Assembly (NCBI GenBank): GCA_965216635.1
Contig: OZ244188.1
Coordinates: 1,760,001-1,824,000, forward strand
Reading direction: 5' to 3'
DNA from: a bacterium
GTDB taxonomy: Bacteria > SAR324 > XYD2-FULL-50-16 > G965216635
Length of the DNA: 64,000 nt
Part shown: one piece after another, positions 1 through 9,270 of the stretch
Layout of the letters: each line of letters begins with the position of its first letter
Numbering within the stretch: position 1 is the first letter of the stretch
Translations under genes and position numbers: made by a program
The notes under the pieces: model-generated
Told to the model about the DNA's origin: nothing
The model's input: only the letters and a program-made list of their open reading frames with translations
Databases searched by the model: none

Positions 1-98
1 ATATTCTGTTTTTTTTCCAGTGCTTTTTGGATAGCAAGATAAGGTATTTGAAATTCATTGGAATTACTTGCCTTTATTAAAGTTGCTTTTGTTCTCAT
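1..98 (-). CDS. 5' part of a hypothetical protein running off the left edge
   Basis: ATG at 96-98 with an open frame (MRTKATLIKASNSNEFQIPYLAIQKALEKKTEY) to the window edge; no recognisable motif. Confidence 0.35.
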   Translation of the reverse strand, partial: MRTKATLIKASNSNEFQIPYLAIQKALEKKQN

Positions 99-129
99 AC
101 TTGTTTTAGATTATTAATGTTTTATAGTA

Positions 130-184
130 AGATTTTTGAATTAGCGGTTTGTCTAGCCGTCACATAATACTAATTCAAAAAGAT
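130..184. repeat. Minimal derivative of the palindromic MITE-like family
   Basis: Inverted ends tttttgaattag/ctaattcaaaaa; contains ctagccgtcacataa, the reverse complement of ttatgtgacggctag at 44149-44163. Confidence 0.6.
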
Positions 185-272
185 TCATAGTGTATTATGA
201 CTAAAAATATAAGTTTTTGCAATCTCAATTTGAGTTTTACTCTTTCATTTTAGCAGTTTCATTTCAACCAAT

Positions 273-1919
273 TCATTTTAATAGAGGAAAAAGAATCACA
301 TCGCGAATGTTTTTTTGATCTGTGAGTAGCATTACCATTCTGTCTATACCTAATCCTATGCCTCCAGTGGGAGGCATCCCGTATTCCATAGCGTCAATAA
401 AATCTTCGTCCATCGGATGCGTTTCTGTTTCACCCGCTCCTTTTCTTTTTTCCTGTTCTAGTAAGAGTTGTCTTTGATAAACAGGGTCGTTCAATTCAGA
501 GTAGGCGTTGCCTATTTCCCAACCCATAATGTAAGGTTCAAATCTTTCAATAAGGCTATCGTCTTTGCGGTGCAATTTGCAAAGCGGACTAGATTCTTTG
601 GGATGGTCTGTAATGAAAGTAGGTTGAATTAAATGTTGCGGGCAGAAGTGTTCAAAAATTTCATAGACAGCAATCCCTCTTTGATACTCTCCTTGTATTT
701 CTATACTGTTGTCCTTGAGGATTTTGCTTAAATCATCATCGGACAGGGCGTCTACATCTATCTTAGCGTATTTTTGAATGGCTTCTTTCATAGGAAGTCT
801 TTGCCAATCTCCAGCGAGTTCTACGGTTTTTCCATCGTAACTAAAACTTGTTTTTTGGTAAATTTTCAAACAAGCCTCTCTATAAATATTTTCAAAGTGT
901 AGCATCATATCTTGGTAATCTGCATAGGCTTCATAAAATTCTAACATCGTAAATTCAGGATTATGAGTTTTGTCTATTCCTTCGTTGCGAAAATCTTTGA
1001 CTATCTCATAGACCTTATGAAAACCTCCAATAATACATCTTTTCAAAAAAAGCTCGTTGGAAATTCTTAAATAAAGTTTTAAGCCTAGCGCTTTGTGCTG
1101 TGTCTCAAAGGGATGGGCGTTAGCACCTCCGTAGATGGATTGCAGTGTCGGAGTCTCCACGTCCAAATAGCCTTTGCTTTCCATATAATCGCGAATACTT
1201 TTGATAATTTTGGATCTGTTTTGAAATGTCTGATATGTTTTTTGATTCAAGACTAAATCCAAATAACGTTTTCTGTAACGAGTTTCTTTATCACTAAATT
1301 CGTCATAAATTACTTTTTCATCACCCACTACTTTTTCTTTAGGGGCTGGAAAGGGTTGCAGTGATTTTGCTAAAAGTGTAAAACTATACACTCTTAAAGT
1401 AGTCTCGCCCATTCTGGTTTTAAAAAGCTCTCCTTTGACACCTATATAATCTCCAATATCGTAGTTTTTTAGTTGCTCGTAAGTCTCGCCTAAAATTTTT
1501 TTTCCTAAGTAAAGCTGTAAGCGAAAATGGGCTTCCCAGAGATCTAGAAAAGTAGTTTTTCCGTGCTCTCTGGTGCCAATAATTCTTCCCGCTAAAGAAA
1601 ACATTTGTTTGCTGGATGGTTTTTCGTCTGCTGACTGCTCGCTGGTTATTTGTTCTTTGGCTAGTTGTTCTTTGGCTAGTTGTTCTTTGGCTAATTGTTC
1701 TTTGGATATTAGGGCATCTGCCTTTTCTAATAGCTCTTGGATTGTATGATCTGGTTTGTAAGAATAGGGGTAAATATTGACACCAGAGGCTTTGATTTGC
1801 TCTAGTTTTTGCTGTCTCTGTTCTTTTTGGCTCTGTCCTTTTTGGCTCTGTTCTTTTTGGCTCTGTTCTTTTTGGCTCTGTTCTTTTTGGCTCTGTTCTT
1901 TTTGGTCGGTTTCGTTCAT
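273..1919 (-). CDS. lysS: Lysine--tRNA ligase (class II)
   Basis: ETRYRKRYLDL, YGGANAHPF, FRNEGIDKTHNPEFTMLEFY, YGMPPTGGIGLGIDR motifs. Confidence 0.98.
   Translation of the reverse strand: MNETDQKEQSQKEQSQKEQSQKEQSQKGQSQKEQRQQKLEQIKASGVNIYPYSYKPDHTIQELLEKADALISKEQLAKEQLAKEQLAKEQITSEQSADEKPSSKQMFSLAGRIIGTREHGKTTFLDLWEAHFRLQLYLGKKILGETYEQLKNYDIGDYIGVKGELFKTRMGETTLRVYSFTLLAKSLQPFPAPKEKVVGDEKVIYDEFSDKETRYRKRYLDLVLNQKTYQTFQNRSKIIKSIRDYMESKGYLDVETPTLQSIYGGANAHPFETQHKALGLKLYLRISNELFLKRCIIGGFHKVYEIVKDFRNEGIDKTHNPEFTMLEFYEAYADYQDMMLHFENIYREACLKIYQKTSFSYDGKTVELAGDWQRLPMKEAIQKYAKIDVDALSDDDLSKILKDNSIEIQGEYQRGIAVYEIFEHFCPQHLIQPTFITDHPKESSPLCKLHRKDDSLIERFEPYIMGWEIGNAYSELNDPVYQRQLLLEQEKRKGAGETETHPMDEDFIDAMEYGMPPTGGIGLGIDRMVMLLTDQKNIRDVILFPLLK
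1650..1905. repeat. Two in-frame 15-bp tandem arrays in the lysS 5' region
   Basis: ctctgttctttttgg x6 (1816-1905, QKEQS) and ttgttctttggctag x~3.7 (1650-1705, EQLAK). Confidence 0.95.
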
Positions 1920-1959
1920 TTTTTTTATTTATTTGAAATTTTTGTACAACTCAAAGTTT

Positions 1960-2868
1960 TTATTTATATTTGATGGCAGCATAAATACCCACTAATACAA
2001 TAGCAGAACCTGTCATTTCTATTAGACTAACACCAATTCCTAGTAAAGTCCACTGGAAAAAGAGAGTAAAAATAGCAGCTAATGGTGTTAGCAAAACAAT
2101 TTTAGAAACTGGTAAAATTCGGCAGGCGTAAGAATAAAACAAACGAGCCATAAAGGGACCTAAAAAAGCAGCAATAGCAGCCCAAAATAAGATAGAAGAA
2201 CTGGAATGAAAAATAGCTTGAAGAGCAGGCGGAAAAATAAGTAACAGACATAAAGTAATCCCTAGTCTCCAAATATTGATAAAGGCGGGGTGGAATTTTT
2301 TTACGGCTTCTTGGATTATTAACTGCATACAGGCAAAAAAGAACCCAGAAAAAGCGGCTAAAAAAATAGGGTACAATCCTGCAACAAATTGGGAAAAATT
2401 AGCAGAATCCCATTTTAAAATTGAGATTCCTAAAAAAATCACAAAAACTGCTAGATTGACTCTAAAGCTCACCTTCTCTTTGAGAAAAAACCAACTCAAG
2501 TAAAGTACAAAAATAATCTCTGTTCTTTGTGTGAGTTGTGCTATCCCCGGTGAAATTTTTTGAATAGAAAAAAGAAACAATAAGTTACCTAAAATTGTGC
2601 ACAAAGCAAGCAAAAGGATAAAAAAAATAATTTTTTTTTGGGGCTTGCTTTTAATTGTAGGACTATCTTTTTTAGAAAGAATAAATTTCGTAAAAATATA
2701 AAATACAAAATTGAATAAAAAAGAAAATAAAAACAACCAAACGATAACTTGCCAAAAATTTGCACTCGCTTCTTCTAATTTTTTATAAACAAGTGGAAAC
2801 AAACCTACAGATAAAGTGCAAAAAAAGGTCAACAACCAGCCTAAAGATGTTTTTTGAGGAAATGTCAC
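1960..2868 (-). CDS. DMT/EamA family transporter
   Basis: About 10 hydrophobic segments in two repeats; LSWFFLKEK and G-x6-G EamA-type signatures. Confidence 0.85.
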   Translation of the reverse strand: MTFPQKTSLGWLLTFFCTLSVGLFPLVYKKLEEASANFWQVIVWLFLFSFLFNFVFYIFTKFILSKKDSPTIKSKPQKKIIFFILLLALCTILGNLLFLFSIQKISPGIAQLTQRTEIIFVLYLSWFFLKEKVSFRVNLAVFVIFLGISILKWDSANFSQFVAGLYPIFLAAFSGFFFACMQLIIQEAVKKFHPAFINIWRLGITLCLLLIFPPALQAIFHSSSSILFWAAIAAFLGPFMARLFYSYACRILPVSKIVLLTPLAAIFTLFFQWTLLGIGVSLIEMTGSAIVLVGIYAAIKYK

Positions 2869-2956
2869 TATAAAAGACTTGCTTTTTATTTTTTTTTAGT
2901 ATAAACTTTATATTTTTATAATACTAATAAATTCAATTTTAATAAATTAATTTTTT

Positions 2957-3577
2957 ATGAAAACATTTCAAGGCGCAAAAGGCAAGATAGTTCGTAGATT
3001 CGGAATCAATATTTTTGAAACGGATAAGTATGATAAAGTTCTTAATCGTAGAAAATATCCACCGGGTATGCACGGGCCCACTAAAAGAAGCAGTAAAATT
3101 TCAGAGTATGGAAAGCAGCTGATAGAAAAGCAAAAGATGAAATTTATGTATGGAATGACCGAAAAACAATTCCGTAATTTTTATGAAAAAGCAGAAAGAA
3201 AAAAAGGAGCTACAGGAATGAATCTACTTCAAATGCTGGAGACAAGACTAGATAATTTTATTTTCCGTAGCGGCTGGGCGGTTACGCGGGTCCAAGCTAG
3301 ACAACTGGTTAATCACAACCATATTTTGCTAAACGGCAAAAAAGCTAACATTCCTTCTATGATGGTAAAGACGGGAAACAAAATTGATATGGGTAAAAGA
3401 GCAGCTTCTCGCTCCCTCGTCAATCAATACATAGAAGAAAATCAATGGAGAGATGTACCAAATTGGATAAATTCTAGAAAAGAATCTTCCGAAATTGTAA
3501 TGGGACGCACACCAGAAAGAGATGAAATGCCAGCATTTTTGAACGAACAGTTAGTAGTAGAATTATATTCCAAATAG
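2957..3577 (+). CDS. rpsD: 30S ribosomal protein S4
   Basis: YPPGMHG, SEYGKQLIEKQK, LETRLDN, ARQLVNH, VVELYSK. Confidence 0.98.
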   Translation: MKTFQGAKGKIVRRFGINIFETDKYDKVLNRRKYPPGMHGPTKRSSKISEYGKQLIEKQKMKFMYGMTEKQFRNFYEKAERKKGATGMNLLQMLETRLDNFIFRSGWAVTRVQARQLVNHNHILLNGKKANIPSMMVKTGNKIDMGKRAASRSLVNQYIEENQWRDVPNWINSRKESSEIVMGRTPERDEMPAFLNEQLVVELYSK

Positions 3578-3720
3578 TTTTCCCTTAAAAAATCCCAATT
3601 TGCACTCTCAGCTGCGTTGCTTGAAATTTTTGTCCCTTGAAATATTATGTATATTCCTGCGGAACAAAAATTTTTCGCGCCTTGCTGTTCGCTAAAAATT
3701 GAAATTTTTTTTAAGGAAAA
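3578..3720. repeat. Palindromic MITE/RPE-like element
   Basis: Outer inverted repeat ttttcccttaaaaaa/ttttttaaggaaaa; core GCTGCGTTG..TTGAAATA..TATTCCTGCG..CGCGCCTTGC shared with other intergenic copies. Confidence 0.8.
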
Positions 3721-3881
3721 ACACCAAAATTTAGCTAATTCATAAGTTTAAAAAACAACCAGAAAATAAACTATTTTCCTTAAAAACTGGTCGTTTAGCA
3801 CATAGTTTTTTATTATCTTATTCAGCTAAATCAATAGTTTAATAACTTTTTAAGAAACGACTAAGTAGTAAAAATTTCTAC

Positions 3882-4310
3882 TTGTTAAGAATGATAGAAA
3901 AACCCTGTTTTTTAGATAAAGACAAAAATATTTTTGCCTTCAAGGGTGAGATAAGTAAAGCCGAGATAAATAAAAGTGAGATAAATAAGGATGAGATAAA
4001 TTTGTTTTCAGAAGACTACAAGCATCAAAAAACGCACTCCCAAAATTCTAAACAATTCTCTTGCTTAGACCTACACAATTGTAACCTGAAAATCGCTGAA
4101 GAAAAGTTGCAGGAATTTATTTTATTCTGTAATGAAAAAAGAATCAAAAAAATAAAAATCATCACGGGCAAAGGGATTCATTCGGGAGAAAGAGGTCCGG
4201 TTATAAGAAATTTTATATTAGATTATCTAGAAAATCATCCCAATATTAAATGGAAATTTGCACCTCCTAAAAGAGGTGGAATTGGAGTTTTTGAGCTGAA
4301 AATTCCTTAA
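3882..4310 (+). CDS. Smr/MutS2 C-terminal domain protein
   Basis: LDLH, IITGKGIHS, GGIG motifs; 15-bp EINK repeats near the N-terminus. Confidence 0.88.
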   Translation: MLRMIEKPCFLDKDKNIFAFKGEISKAEINKSEINKDEINLFSEDYKHQKTHSQNSKQFSCLDLHNCNLKIAEEKLQEFILFCNEKRIKKIKIITGKGIHSGERGPVIRNFILDYLENHPNIKWKFAPPKRGGIGVFELKIP

Positions 4311-4314
4311 AATT

Positions 4315-4615
4315 TTAAGAAATTTCTAAATTTTCTAGTCTCTTGATTCTTTCTTTCAAAGGTGGATGAGTAGGGAAAAGACTAGCAACATCTTTCCCGC
4401 TGATTTCCATACTTGCTTTTTCTGGTTGACTTGTATCTATTTTATAAGGAGATAAAAGAGCTAGCAAATCCAATAATTGTAGAAAAAACCAGAAAGAACT
4501 GGTAAGTTATAACACCAGCAAGGTAGTTTTGAGTATTAAAAAGAGATAAAACTATAGAAATCAGAGATAAAACTGCAATATTTACAGCTAAAAACCAGAA
4601 AATTCTTTTGAATAT
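4315..4615 (-). pseudogene. htpX: htpX protease remnant with a large internal deletion
   Basis: 4615-4442 reads IFKRIFWFLAVNIAVLSLISIVLSLF...IIGFASSFISL* (HtpX N-terminal TMs). 4440-4315, in another frame, reads ...ASMEISGKDVASLFPTHPPLKERIKRL (HtpX C-terminal THPP motif). The HEXXH region is missing. Confidence 0.8.
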
Positions 4616-4675
4616 TACATGTTTTTTGTTTTATTTTAATTTTTTTTCAAAAATTTAAAAATATTTTGTTGACAT

Positions 4676-4972
4676 TTGACTAGAATTGTAGTCTTATGTA
4701 AGAAGTTTTATTACAATAATAATTTTCAAGAATATAATATGGACTTTGAAGTTGATGCAAAAATACTATCTGATGATAGTACCACAGAGCTTTACTGTGA
4801 AAAGATTAATTTTGAAACTTACCCGAATAGTTATAATCAAGCTTTCGCGGAAAGACAGTTTATGGAGCAAATCATGCTAGATCCTATAGAGAATGTCTAT
4901 GAAAAATTTCCAACTACTATGAGGACTAACCAAAGTCTTTTTCGTAATGGATTTTTGATATACAGGTATTAG
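4676..4972 (+). CDS. Hypothetical protein
   Basis: ORF only; likely start is the ATG at 4739. Confidence 0.4.
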   Translation: MTRIVVLCKKFYYNNNFQEYNMDFEVDAKILSDDSTTELYCEKINFETYPNSYNQAFAERQFMEQIMLDPIENVYEKFPTTMRTNQSLFRNGFLIYRY

Positions 4973-5329
4973 GAACTTTTATGCAGAAAAGACGCAAGAA
5001 AAGTTTGTTTGTTGCCAGTAGTGAGCATATCGCATAAATAAGCTTTTCTCTGTGTCTCGCAAAATTTCACAGTTTCATATTTGTTTGTCGTTCTTCGGTG
5101 TTTGCACTTTTTTATAGACTCCACTATTTTTTAGTAGTCTTCTAAAGATACAAAACTGAAATTCCAAACTCTTCCGCATACAAATCTAGCCACCTACAAA
5201 AATATTGATTTTGCCTAACCAGTCGTTCCCCGTCACAAAAGTGGGACAGCCAAAAGTGAGACAAGAAAATTAGGGATTTATATGTTAAAAGACTATTTTC
5301 TTTGCTCACAAGAACAAGATTTTTTTGTT

Positions 5330-6526
5330 TCATTTTTCAATTTTTTTCGCTAGTAGTTTCTCAATCCACAAAACAAGCTCTAACGCTGCTTCTTCCTTGG
5401 TGCTTTTTTTAAATTCTGTATTTTCCAGCTGACTGAAAATTTGATATTCGCTATTATTGGATTCAAAGCCACTATCTTTTGAGCCGATTTTATTAGCAAA
5501 AATCAAATCTAGATTCTTTGCTTTCAGTTTTTCTTTGGCGTAATTTTCTATACCATCGCTCTCTGCTGCAAATCCCACTAATAGTTGTCCTTTTTTTTTC
5601 TTTTTTCCCAATTCTGCTAAAATATCTGTTGTTTTCTTTAGGGAAAATTGCCAGTTGTTTTGTTTGATTTTTTCTGTCCCTAAATTCTGGTTTTGATAAT
5701 CGGATACGGCGGCACACATTACTATACAATCGTAGTTTGGAGCTAGGCTAAACATTTTTTCTTTCATTTCTTTTGTCGTCAAGGCTCGTTCAAACTCAAA
5801 AATAGATGGAATAGATATTCGCATATCCCCACAAACAAGAAAAACTTTCGCCCCTTGTTGTAAAAAAAGATTTGCGAGTTCTAAACCCATTTTCCCAGAA
5901 GATGCATTGCTAATAAAACGAAAAGGATCTAGGTATTCACGAGTAGCCCCGAGACTGATGAGTATATTTTTACCTGCAAAGTTTTTTTTTTTAGAAAAAT
6001 GATTGTAGATAAAATCGGCGATAAATTTAGGCTCTTGCATCTTACCCAATCCATAACTACCACAAGCGAGAAAGCCTTCCTGAGGTTCTAAAACAACCGC
6101 TCTGTGTTTTCGGATTTTTTGGATATTTTCCTGAACCACTTTTTTTTGCCACATCTCACAATTCATAGCTGGCACAAAAAGCAAAGGCGCATTGGATGCC
6201 AGCAAAATAGTAGAAATTAAATCATCTGCTAGACCACAAGCAAATTTTGCTATTATATTAGCCGTAGCAGGAGCAACTACTATCATTTCAAAAGATTGAG
6301 CTAACTGAATATGCTCTATTTCTGTGTTATTGGAAAATTCAAAAAGAGAAACAGCTACTCTATTTTGTGATAGAGTTTCAAAAGATAAAGGAGAAATAAA
6401 TTCTTGTGCAGCCCTACTCATAGCTACCTGAATGATGAAATTTTTTTCCGCTAAAATTCTGATTAACTCTAAAGTTTTATAGGCTGCGATTCCTCCTGTG
6501 ACACAGATTAGTATTTTTTTAGGCAT
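5330..6526 (-). CDS. coaBC: Phosphopantothenoylcysteine decarboxylase/ligase
   Basis: TGGIAAYK, APATAN, PAMN, DPFRFISNASSGKMG, VGFAAES. Confidence 0.97.
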   Translation of the reverse strand: MPKKILICVTGGIAAYKTLELIRILAEKNFIIQVAMSRAAQEFISPLSFETLSQNRVAVSLFEFSNNTEIEHIQLAQSFEMIVVAPATANIIAKFACGLADDLISTILLASNAPLLFVPAMNCEMWQKKVVQENIQKIRKHRAVVLEPQEGFLACGSYGLGKMQEPKFIADFIYNHFSKKKNFAGKNILISLGATREYLDPFRFISNASSGKMGLELANLFLQQGAKVFLVCGDMRISIPSIFEFERALTTKEMKEKMFSLAPNYDCIVMCAAVSDYQNQNLGTEKIKQNNWQFSLKKTTDILAELGKKKKKGQLLVGFAAESDGIENYAKEKLKAKNLDLIFANKIGSKDSGFESNNSEYQIFSQLENTEFKKSTKEEAALELVLWIEKLLAKKIEK

Positions 6527-6540
6527 TTTGGCAGCAGATG

Positions 6541-6855
6541 TTATTTTTTAGCTGAAGTTTTAGCAGCAGGTGGTTTAGCAATATCTGTTTTTTTGGCAGC
6601 AGGCAGTTTTGCCTCTTCTTTTTTTGCTACCCCTTTTTTTGCTATTTCTTTATTTGCTATTTCTTTACTTTTGGGTTTGCCGTAGCCGTCCTTATACCAC
6701 CCTCCTCCTTTTAATTGAAACGAAGTTAGCGAGAGTTTTTTTTTCATTTTTGCCTCACTACAATTTTTGCAAGTCTCATCAAAAACATCCGTTACTTTTT
6801 GGATAAGCTCTATTTGGTGGTCACAATTGGGACATTGGTATTCGTATAGTGGCAT
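6541..6855 (-). CDS. FmdB family zinc-ribbon protein
   Basis: MPLYEYQCPNC...CKNC...FQLKGGGWY; Lys/Ala-rich tail with 15-bp repeats. Confidence 0.9.
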   Translation of the reverse strand: MPLYEYQCPNCDHQIELIQKVTDVFDETCKNCSEAKMKKKLSLTSFQLKGGGWYKDGYGKPKSKEIANKEIAKKGVAKKEEAKLPAAKKTDIAKPPAAKTSAKK

Positions 6856-6993
6856 TAGATTCTAAATTGGTTTCTTGAGATTTTATTTATGGAAAAAAAA
6901 TATATCAATAAATATAATATTTTCCTTATTTCATTGTCAACTTTGCAAATAAAAAAAAAGGCAAATCAGCAAAAGCTCTTCTAAGAGGATACT

Positions 6994-8607
6994 CTAAAGT
7001 TCTCCTGCAATTTTTACTAAATTACAATCTATAATGGTAGGAACTTTGCTCTTGAGGGCTTTTTTGAGAGTAGGTAGTACATCTTTGAAATTTTCTATTC
7101 TATAGCCCGCACCCCCCATAGATTCTGCTAAAGTAACAAAATCTGCTTTGATTTCTAGTTCGTGGGCTATGTATCTTTTTCGGTAAGCACTTTCTTGTAA
7201 TTCACGAATCATAGCGAATTTGGAGTCATTAATTATAAGTACTACCAAAGACATTTTATGTCTGACTGCTACTAAAAATTCTTGCATATTCATTAAAAAA
7301 CTACCATCTCCTGCGATATTAATAGTAGCTTGTGGTTTTGCAAACCAAGCTCCGATGGCAGCAGGCAGTCCATAACCCATAGCTCCCAAGCCTCCCGAAG
7401 TAAGCAAAGGTAAGTGTTTGGGATTGCAACAACGGTGAACAGCCCAAAGCTGATGCCTTCCTACATCTGTAGTGAGGTGTAGTTTTTGGGGAATTTGTGC
7501 TATTTCTCCTAAAATTTCACCGACCACTTGAGCGTTATCCGATTTAGGTAAAATGTTTGTTTGAGTTTTTTTTGTCAACCAAGAATCACCGTGCCTCCAA
7601 GCACTCTTCTTTTGTTCGGCTAACATATCAGCTAAGAAAGATTTAATATCACTAACTATCGGGATTTTTGTTTTTACTATTTTACCAATTTCTGCAGGGT
7701 CTATATCTACATGAATGATTTCTGCTTGACGCGCAAACCTTTCTTTTTTCATTAAAGTACTGCGGTCTCCAAAACGAGTACCTAAAGCGAGAATCACATC
7801 GGCTTTAGATATTGCTTTATTTCCTTCTACTGTGCCGTGCGTTCCTATCATACCAACAAAAAGAGGATGCTCGTCTGCAATACTATTTTTTCCCATTAGG
7901 GTTCTAACACAAGGAATTTTGCAAACTTCTATAAATTTTTTTAGCAACAAAGAAGCATCGGATCTTTCTACTCCACCTCCCACTAAAACAAGAGGTTTTT
8001 TCGCTTTGGCTAGTTTTTTAGAACATCTTTTGATTTGTCCTATGTGTGCCTTTGTAGTAGGTTGATAGCCGGGCGTTACTCTTTTTTTGGTAGTGGGACT
8101 ATAGCTCACTTTTGTCAGTAAAATATCTTTTGGAAAATCTAGTAAAACGGGTCCCTTTCGTCCTGAGTTAGCTATTTCAAAGGCTTCTTTTATGGCAGGT
8201 GCTATTTCATTTGCATCAGTAATGAGTTGATTGTGTTTGGTGACAGATAAAGTAATGTTAATGCAATCTACTTCTTGAAAGGCATCACTTCCTACAAATT
8301 TCATAGGAATCTGCCCTGTTAAAGCAACTATAGGCACGGAATCTAGATAGGCATTCGCTAAACCTGTTACCATATTGGTGACGCCAGGGCCTGAGGTTAC
8401 CAAACAAACACCTACCTCTTTGGCTATTCTAGCATAACCATCCGCCATTAGAGTGGCTCCTTGCTCGTGGTAAGCTAAAATATGTTTTAGTTTTTTAGAT
8501 GAATAAAGAGCGTCGTAAATAGGTAGATTAGCTCCGCCGGGGTAACCAAAAATATATTTTACATTTAGCTCTTCAAGACAGCGAATTAATACTTCTGATC
8601 CTTGCAT
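6994..8607 (-). CDS. ilvB: Acetolactate synthase large subunit
   Basis: FGYPGGA, HEQGA, TSGPG, DAFQE, GDGSF..N TPP-binding motif. Confidence 0.93.
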   Translation of the reverse strand: MQGSEVLIRCLEELNVKYIFGYPGGANLPIYDALYSSKKLKHILAYHEQGATLMADGYARIAKEVGVCLVTSGPGVTNMVTGLANAYLDSVPIVALTGQIPMKFVGSDAFQEVDCINITLSVTKHNQLITDANEIAPAIKEAFEIANSGRKGPVLLDFPKDILLTKVSYSPTTKKRVTPGYQPTTKAHIGQIKRCSKKLAKAKKPLVLVGGGVERSDASLLLKKFIEVCKIPCVRTLMGKNSIADEHPLFVGMIGTHGTVEGNKAISKADVILALGTRFGDRSTLMKKERFARQAEIIHVDIDPAEIGKIVKTKIPIVSDIKSFLADMLAEQKKSAWRHGDSWLTKKTQTNILPKSDNAQVVGEILGEIAQIPQKLHLTTDVGRHQLWAVHRCCNPKHLPLLTSGGLGAMGYGLPAAIGAWFAKPQATINIAGDGSFLMNMQEFLVAVRHKMSLVVLIINDSKFAMIRELQESAYRKRYIAHELEIKADFVTLAESMGGAGYRIENFKDVLPTLKKALKSKVPTIIDCNLVKIAGEL

Positions 8608-8730
8608 TGAATATTTTTAAGGCTTATAAAGCCAGACATTTAGTTTGTTTTATGCTTGACTTATAAAATTCTATTTTTGCCATCATTTTCTTTGATTTTA
8701 GAGAATGTTTTTTTTTTTAGCAATAGGAAT

Positions 8731-9270
8731 TTAATGAGAGAGGCTTGCATTATAAGTAGATAAAAGATTGGCGTTTTTTTTATCCCATTTTTGTAACTGG
8801 GAGCGACTGATTCCTAAAAAAATAGCAATTTTTTTTTCATCTCCTTCCAACTGCCAAACTAGGTCTTTCAAAAATCCCAAAAAATAGGGGTAGTTTTTGT
8901 TGTGTGTGCTAATTTGTAAAAGAGCATTCGCTAGAAACTGGCGTATTGTTTCTGGCACAAAGTCCCATTTTTGTCTAGGGAATAAATTTTTAATGGGACT
9001 GTTTTTTTGGTTATCTAGTGCGATTTCTACTTTTAGTTTTCTCAAAGCAATTTTAATATTTGCAGTTTGCGAACGTTGTTTTTGGGAAAAGGCTTTAAAG
9101 TGAAAAAAGTGTAACCTGATGGCATTGGAAGTTTTGTTTTTTTTTTGCCCGCCTTTTCCAGAACCTCTAATCATTTCTAAGCGGCAGTGAGAAAGTAAAG
9201 GCTTATCGTCTAAAAGAACATAGCTAACCCAATCCGCTGGATTGTATTCTTTACTATTGGCTTTATTCAC
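8731..9270 (-). CDS. Peptide chain release factor-like (GGQ) protein
   Basis: RGSGKGGQKKNKTSNAIRL and QRSQ..N RF-1 domain motifs; no codon-recognition domain. Confidence 0.8.
   Translation of the reverse strand: MNKANSKEYNPADWVSYVLLDDKPLLSHCRLEMIRGSGKGGQKKNKTSNAIRLHFFHFKAFSQKQRSQTANIKIALRKLKVEIALDNQKNSPIKNLFPRQKWDFVPETIRQFLANALLQISTHNKNYPYFLGFLKDLVWQLEGDEKKIAIFLGISRSQLQKWDKKNANLLSTYNASLSH

Noticed and set aside
2957..3577. rpsD outside the alpha operon
   Set aside because: Common in many lineages
4981..5333. Possible degraded gene downstream of coaBC
   Set aside because: 63-aa ORF plus broken frames; no motif could be assigned with confidence
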